DNA of 64,000 nucleotides from Strigamia acuminata (taxonomy: Eukaryota). The stretch spans positions 5,146,001 through 5,210,000 of the forward strand of contig OX442314.1 of NCBI GenBank assembly GCA_949358305.1, written 5' to 3'. Both the position numbers and the translations under genes were made by a program. Shown here one piece after another: positions 41,711-48,600 of this stretch. Under the pieces are notes generated by a model. The model searched no databases. It saw nothing but the letters and a program-made list of their open reading frames with translations, and had not been told where the DNA came from. Within the stretch, counting starts at the first letter, position 1, and every line of letters begins with the position of its first letter.

Positions 41711-42032
41711 CTAGAACACAAAATCAGTTCCTCAACTCCGTAGAGAAATTTTAGGAGGGCGCTATAAGAAATTGATGCTCTAGGACGTGTAAGATGAATT
41801 TTTATGATGAAATATTTCACTCGCATCCATCATGGTGGCGAGAAACAAAACCAGTTCCGCAACTCCGTAGAGAAATTTTAGGCGGGCGCTATAAGGAGTT
41901 GTTCTCGGGGCACTTGAACGAATAGCTGAGATGAAATACTTTTAATTTCCGGCTCATATGTGAGGATGAGAATAAGACCAGTTCCGTAACTCAGATGAGA
42001 AATTTTACACGGGCGCTGTAAGGAAATATTCC
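41711..42032 (-). ncRNA. Three tandem copies (127-nt period) of a conserved cis-acting structured RNA motif in the retrotransposon 3' UTR
   Basis: Cores begin (+ strand CAGTTCC) at 41725, 41852 and 41979, with compensatory base changes between copies (see findings). Confidence 0.7.
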
Positions 42033-42193
42033 TACCGTCTGATGAGCAGAAATGATGAAAGACACTGTTGGTGGTGATTTGTTGGTTTAATTGCGCAAAG
42101 AGAATGGTGGCGCAAAATAGGTGGTCCTACGGTTTTCCGAGTGATGTTGTTATCACCGTAGAATATCTAATTTGAAGAAATTGTTATTGTTTA

Positions 42194-44977
42194 TTAAGGA
42201 TTACCTGACAAGGTTCTACACGGGGCCGGCATCCGAAATGATTTGATCATGTTGAGAGCCACGTTAACCACAACTCTCATTGCGTCCCGGTAGTTTGTGG
42301 CACCTTGCCTGTTAATTTCATTTTTGCAGTGATCTAAAAAGAGTTCCCCGTATCGGAGATACAGGGAATGGAGGAGGGGTTTGGCCTCTTCTGGTCGCAT
42401 ACGGAGGTCGGCTGACGCAAGGGATTGAAAAAGTTGGCGGACCGATGCAGCAGACATCCCAAACTGGAGACATGGTCCATTGGCATTTGCGAAATTACAC
42501 TCGACCGCAGCTGGTGGCAACAAACTGGGGAGCAGTTCCAAGGTGATGCGAGGAGGCGTGTCATCCCAAATTTGTGATCCTTGGGCCGGTGGGATAGATG
42601 GTGCGGTCATCGGGTAAAATCCTGAATCTGTCATCAGATTGCGCAATTCTTGAAGGCGCAATTCATCCGACCGTCTCTTTTCTTCCTCTTTTTCTGCTTG
42701 CTCACGAGCTTCGCGTTCGGCTGCTTTGCGGTGAGCTTCTGCAACTCGGGTTTTTTCCAATTCGAATTCCGCGTCTCGTTCTTGGCGTCTCTTCTCCTCC
42801 ATCATGTTGTGGTAGTCCCTGGTGTCCTGGACTTTGTAGAGATGGACGGAGATCTCACGATGCAAAATCCACACGAGCATCTCGATTGCTGTCTCGGAAT
42901 CGTACGTGCCACATTCGGACATTCGTTTTGCAACTTGGCGCGCGATGTGGGGCCGCCTGTCCATCATCTCTTTCTGGGTTATGCGGAAGTCTCCCTGGTA
43001 AATACTGAAATCCTCCACCATCATGAAGGTGATAAGCGCATTCCAGGCCTTCCATGGAATTTGGAAACGAGTTTGAGACACTCCGGGTCCCTCAATGGAG
43101 ATCTGAACCTCGTATTTTCGTAGAAATTCTTCAATGACTTCGAATGAGTTGGCGGGTTTTTGGGTTACTCCATACTTATCGAAAGCCAAATCGCAACGAG
43201 AAGCGACTTTTTTAAACGAGAGTCCAGTTCCGATGTTTGGAATTGCGCAATCGAGTCGGGACCGGTAAGATGATGTGCTCGAAACGCTAGTCGAGGTTAC
43301 GGGAATCTTGGCGGTGGCAGCCGTGGTGGTTGACATGTTAAAGTTGGCGCTGGACGTCGTTGTCGTAGTTACATTGCGCCCTGGAAATTGCGCATAAGTA
43401 ATCGGCGTCACTGGCAAAGTTGGAACTTTTGAAGGTTTCGCCTGCTGACACGCTGGAACTTCGGTTGCTGGTGCAATTGGCGAGATCGTGTACGTTTGTG
43501 AAAATACATCGGCCGAAGCAGCAGAGACGGTCGAAGCTGGAAAAAGATCGGCAGATAAATTAATATTTAAGTTGTCAATATCAGGGTTAATTTGTAAACT
43601 CGGCGTCGACGCTGATGACGGCGCGTTTACGGCTGGTGTCAGTCTAGCACTCAATGGCGGTCCGCGTGGCCGAGAAAAGTTAGTTTTGGCAGACGGAATG
43701 TCGATGTCGCGAATGTCAATCATCTTTCGTTCCAGTCTGCGCACATCACTTATTTTAGCGGTGGGAACACTACCGCGAATTTCGTTGGTGATGTCCAGAA
43801 TCGACGGGGTCACGCTCATGGTGGATTGCACGTCAAATTCTGTAGGTCTAGCGGCTGAGATAGATTGTTGAGAATCGTCCATGTTCTCTTTGCGCAATGT
43901 TTCTTGCGCAGAATCGTCCGCTAACACTGGTGATTCAGGGATGAATTGCAGTTGTGGCACTGGTCGTAGCGCCATTTCTGTTGGTGGAGTGGAGAATTCA
44001 ACGTTAGACACAGTGGAATTTGAGTACAAACTTTCGGTGTCCTCCTTGGTGGTAATGGTGAGCGTCGCCATCTTTTCGGCTGCTTTGGCAACCGTCTCGG
44101 CCGAAGGTCTGGGCACGAATTGTTCCGCCTCCGTGTCGCGAGTTGGGTCGTGCGGGAGCGCCGATGACGAGGTTGCCAAAGTGTTGCGCACCTTGATGGC
44201 TAATTGTTGCTCTCGATTTGGATTTCGATTTATCGAGCATGGTGGCCTGCGTTGGTAAAAATATGGCAGCGCGGTATCAGAGTTGTCGTCGATAGTGGCA
44301 AGGTCTCCCAGCGATTCCAATGCAATGCTGATTTGCTCTTGAAGACTCGCATCGGTCCCAGGAAAGCTGTGGAAGAATTGGGGCAACGTCGGTTGCGCTT
44401 CGTCCACTTCCCGCTGCTCCTGGTCCATCGGGTCCAAACCGGCGATTTCGTCGGCGAGCAAATTTGGCACTTGCGCAAACGTAACGCGCATTAACTCGGC
44501 TGTCGGGTAAATCCAACTCCTAGGCACGATTCTCGCCTGCCTTGCCTCTCGCTGGAGTCGATGCCAATATTTAAAATGACCGGCGCGGAATCTTTGCACC
44601 ATGGCTGGTGTACCGTTTGGTGGCCGAAATTGTGGAAACTCCACCCCGATTAGGTAAACTTTGTCCTGCACACGACGAAACAGGCACCAGCCATAAATCT
44701 GGCGCATCCACACACGATGAAATCCGCGTCGAAGATCACCCCGCCCGTCACACGCTCGGCAAGTTTTATCCACGCCTGAAACAACCAGTTCGTACCCGTA
44801 TCCGGAACAAACCGGGCATATCTCGAAGTTAGGATAGCTGTGTTCACGGGGGTCATTTGGATGCCAGCATGGAAATTTGGGCGGCCCGACTGCGTGGAGC
44901 GGCGGTTCGGCAAAGTTCTTCGGGTAGGGTTCGCCCGGAAAATCCTCCTTGCAACGACACACATGTTTGTCGGCCAT
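42194..44977 (-). CDS. Retrotransposon ORF3, 927 aa, function unknown; N-terminal CxxCxGxG zinc-finger pair, Ser/Thr/Pro-rich linker, charged coiled coil
   Basis: Uninterrupted 2.78-kb ORF inside the element in sense orientation, with ATG in good context (ACAACATGG). Motifs CPVCSGYG (aa54-61) and CRACDGRG (aa73-80); EEKRRQERDAEFELEK...ELRLQELRNL helix. No signal peptide or TM segment seen. Confidence 0.9.
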   Translation of the reverse strand: MADKHVCRCKEDFPGEPYPKNFAEPPLHAVGPPKFPCWHPNDPREHSYPNFEICPVCSGYGYELVVSGVDKTCRACDGRGDLRRGFHRVWMRQIYGWCLFRRVQDKVYLIGVEFPQFRPPNGTPAMVQRFRAGHFKYWHRLQREARQARIVPRSWIYPTAELMRVTFAQVPNLLADEIAGLDPMDQEQREVDEAQPTLPQFFHSFPGTDASLQEQISIALESLGDLATIDDNSDTALPYFYQRRPPCSINRNPNREQQLAIKVRNTLATSSSALPHDPTRDTEAEQFVPRPSAETVAKAAEKMATLTITTKEDTESLYSNSTVSNVEFSTPPTEMALRPVPQLQFIPESPVLADDSAQETLRKENMDDSQQSISAARPTEFDVQSTMSVTPSILDITNEIRGSVPTAKISDVRRLERKMIDIRDIDIPSAKTNFSRPRGPPLSARLTPAVNAPSSASTPSLQINPDIDNLNINLSADLFPASTVSAASADVFSQTYTISPIAPATEVPACQQAKPSKVPTLPVTPITYAQFPGRNVTTTTTSSANFNMSTTTAATAKIPVTSTSVSSTSSYRSRLDCAIPNIGTGLSFKKVASRCDLAFDKYGVTQKPANSFEVIEEFLRKYEVQISIEGPGVSQTRFQIPWKAWNALITFMMVEDFSIYQGDFRITQKEMMDRRPHIARQVAKRMSECGTYDSETAIEMLVWILHREISVHLYKVQDTRDYHNMMEEKRRQERDAEFELEKTRVAEAHRKAAEREAREQAEKEEEKRRSDELRLQELRNLMTDSGFYPMTAPSIPPAQGSQIWDDTPPRITLELLPSLLPPAAVECNFANANGPCLQFGMSAASVRQLFQSLASADLRMRPEEAKPLLHSLYLRYGELFLDHCKNEINRQGATNYRDAMRVVVNVALNMIKSFRMPAPCRTLSGNP

Positions 44978-45026
44978 GTTGTCTCAACTAGATGTAATTG
45001 TGCCTAATTGATTTCAATCATTGGGG

Positions 45027-45033
45027 TTATATA
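45027..45033 (-). promoter_or_regulatory. Candidate TATA box (TATATAA) of an internal ORF3 promoter
   Basis: Lies ~50 nt upstream of the ORF3 ATG, with a TTGCGCAA palindrome ~50 nt further upstream (45082-45089). Confidence 0.35.
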
Positions 45034-45698
45034 CACAAATTGAAACAATGAACATATCACAAACGTTACTTACAATTAGAATTGCGCAAATTATGAACGC
45101 GCACACAACACAACACACGAAAATCAACACATGAAGTTAATCCATAGGAGAAGAATGCACAAGTGTCAAACGCTTCGAGAACTTTCTCACACAGGTGTCA
45201 TATGAGCATATGGGTATAAGGTGTGGGTGTTAGAGACTATAGTCGTAACTGTTTTAATAGAACGACGTACTCTAGTGTGAAGAATTGGAAGTTAACGAAA
45301 GATTGTAAATGAATGTTCTAGAAGGAATAGTCAATTTTAACATTGATCTTCAATGAGAAAGTTTAGCATATGCAAATCTAGACACACATAGGTACATATA
45401 ACTAAATAGAAATAATAAATTGGGAAAATAAATAATCTAAACACGTGGTGTTTTGAAAATGCAGTTAAAAGTGTCACACTCTAGTGGGCAATTTTGTCCT
45501 CACTGGAAATGGACTTAGTCAATTTTGAAATGAACAAATAAGAAACGTAAAACGAATAACATAAAACATAAAATATTTAAAAATAAAGAAACATAAAAAC
45601 ATAAATGGAATTTTCCTTTAAAGTAACGATGGAATTACACCGGATTACTTTGGTTTTTTTTTTTTTTTTTTTTTTTTTGTGAAAAATAAATAGAAAAA

Positions 45699-48600
45699 TT
45701 ATTTGAAAGAAAGAAAATAAGCAGTGAAAATATCTAGTGTGTTAGCAGTATAATTTTCGACATGCTTGTCGATGATTTCGACATCTTTCAGAGTTAGGAA
45801 ATTAGCTTGCGCAAAATGCCAATGGCGGAGTTCAACAACGTTGTATGGTTGTGTTTTTCTGCCATTTTGGTCCATTAAGATAACAGTGTTGGGGCCCACC
45901 AATTTATGAATGATGTAGACTCCTTCAGTTCGCTGGCGTAAGCCTGCTGCAAACTGTCTGTCGGCGGAAGAGGGTTGTCGATTGCGCAACGTCACCCAAT
46001 CGCCAGGGCGAAAGTCATGAGCGCGACGTTTTAAATCGAACCATTTTTTGTGGCGAATCTGGGATTCGCGCAAATTGTTCATCGCCCTTTCTCGCATGGT
46101 GCGCATTTGCTCATGGAGGTTTTCAGCCTCAGATGGTGGTAAAGGTTCCCCGTCATCTGTGTCACTATCAATATCACCAGGGAATCTGGCTTCTTGGCCT
46201 GTAACTAACTTAAATGGAGAATACTTTAATGAAATTTGGTACGCCGAATTGATTGCCAAAACAAAATAGCCGATATTTACATCCCATCGATCGTGGTCGT
46301 CTATGTAAGCTAAAATGCAGTTTTTTAAGGATTGATTCAGGCGTTCGGCAATATTGCCTTGGGGGTGGTACGCTGCAGTGTAGCGGTTTACTGCACCTAA
46401 TTGCTGGATTTGGCTGCGAAACTCAGGTGACCTGAATGCGGGGGCATTGTCGCTGATAATGACGTTGGGGAAACCCCAGCGTTTCGTAAATTTTTGAATT
46501 TGCGCAACTGAAGTTGCGATAGTCGAATCTTCTGTTAGTCTTACGTCTAACCAACGACTTGCTGAGTCGACCATTACAAAGGCGTAGCAATGGCCGCCCA
46601 CTGAACGTGGTTTCTTGCCGTAGTAATCAATGTATATTGCAGAGAACAAGTGGCGCGCTCTCGACATTATCATTTTGCCATAAGGCAAGCGATTTAATGG
46701 TTTCGCGCGTTGACAAGCCTCGCAAACCTGAATCCAAGTTTGAACATCTTTTCTCATTTTGGGCCAATATACACGCGTCTTTAAACGATGGAGTGTTTTT
46801 TCTCTTCCCATGTGTCCCACTACTGGAGGGTAATGCATTGCGCGGAAATATCGTTCGCGCAATTCCAAGGGGAGATAAATTTGACGCCTCTTGCGTATTT
46901 CATTAATATGAACTGGTGGAAAACGACACAACATATCTTTATGCATACCAAAATTTTGCGCGCCTTTTTGAATTTGCGCAGCTTCGACTGGATCGACCGG
47001 CAGCATTTGAGCAGTTAAGTAGTATATCAACTCACGCGACCACGGATCTTGTCTCTGTGCGGCTATTATTTCAGCGGCGTCTGGAAGCATTTCAAATGGT
47101 GGATGTTCAATAGGTGGATCGTGTTCCAATTCAGCCTGTTGCTCCGCTTCAGTGAGCCTTCTGTCTGATTCTGTAAATGTTCGTTCAGATCTCGGGCGCA
47201 GTCTTGTCGGAGTTCGAGGCATTCCACCTCTTGGCACTGGATACTCTACCGGCGAAGGAAAATCCCGAATCGGACTAAAACTGTCTGTGTCGGATGACGA
47301 CGTGTCGGAGTCCGGCTCGGAAGGGTACCCATCGGGGAGTTGGTGTCCAGAAGGCCCTGGTCCGGGGTCAAACACTGGTGGCACAGTCGGTGCTGTATCA
47401 GTTGTCGTTGACGGCGAAGACGCAGGAGAGGTTGGAGGAATAGGAGATTGTGATATTGGGATGGTTTGTGTGGGAGAAGGTGTTGGAAAATTTGGAATTT
47501 GGATAGGAGTTGATTTTGGTGTAGGTTTTGGTTTTGGTGGCAAAATATGAGAGGGAATTCCAGCTGACTTTCGGGGTCGTCCTTTAGGTCTAGGAATTGG
47601 TGGAGTTGGTATTTTGGAAACCGGAGTTGGTGTGGAAATAATTTTTTTACGAGGAGGCAAAATATGAGAGGGAATCCCAGATGACTTTTTGGGTATTCCT
47701 TTTGGTTTTGAAGTGAGGGGAGTTGGTGCTGAAGGAATGGAAACTTCTGATTTGCTTGGAGAACTGGGTTGGTTAGGAGGTGTTGGAGCAGGAATCGGAA
47801 CAGGAATAGGACTAGGAAGGGCTGTGGGAATAGGTGAAATCACTGAACGAGGTGCTTTCGGCGTCCTTTTGCCTTTTCCGATTCTCTGTGCTTTCAGCAG
47901 CTTAGGAAATGTCCATTTCTTTATATTAGCTCCATATCTTGGTAATTTCGGAGATATTTTCGGAACTAAAGTGGGGTCCCTTAATCGAGCACGAGTTCTT
48001 GTCGCAATAGCACGTTTGGCGCGAGGGGAGAGCACTGGAATTATCATAATTTTACGTGGTCGTCCTCTTTTCTTCGTCAATATTGGAATCAACGAATGTT
48101 GTCTGCGCGCACGAAGTGGCACTGAAACACGAACCGATGGAGAATTAGGTGAAATTACTGGTAATGTAACTGGAGTTGTTTGTTGAGTTGGTTGCGCAAC
48201 TGGAGTTGACGCAGCTGTTGAAGTGGGTTGCGCAATTTGAGTTGGCGCATTGGATGGTGTAGTGGTCGTTGTAATTCGACGAGGAATGAGGGATTTCCTT
48301 TTTCCTTTCTTTTGTTTAGTTGGTGAAATGGCTGAAATTAAAGTTGATTTAACGAATTTATCTTTGAACATTTTCTTAAATTGTCTATTAATGTCTTTTG
48401 GCAACTCAGTAATTATGGACAATACTGGCCACTGATTACAGTCATCAAAGTATGCTGTATAGCAGGCTTCATCGACGAGTGGGCTGTCATCTTCCTCGTC
48501 GTGTTCGGGTGGATCGACTGGTGCTCTGCTTAGTGCGTCGGCCACTCGATTTTTGCATCCTGAGCAGTGCAGGAAAGTGAATTTGTATTCGCTTAGTGAG

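Noticed and set aside
41725..42030. CRISPR interpretation of the 127-bp-period repeats
   Set aside because: Only three diverged copies, the 'spacers' contribute paired basal stems and a shared motif, and no cas genes are present; better explained as a cis-acting RNA structure.
42039..42075. Hammerhead ribozyme at CTGATGAG...GAAA (+ strand)
   Set aside because: Stem II is not closed by a proper pair, no stem III/NUH partner was found, and it is antisense to the element.
42194..44977. ORF3 as env
   Set aside because: No N-terminal hydrophobic signal, no C-terminal transmembrane helix, and the composition is hydrophilic and disordered.
45699..45860. Chromodomain at the integrase C-terminus
   Set aside because: Only a short tail follows the GPY/F-like module, and no chromodomain aromatic pattern (Y.VKW) is visible.
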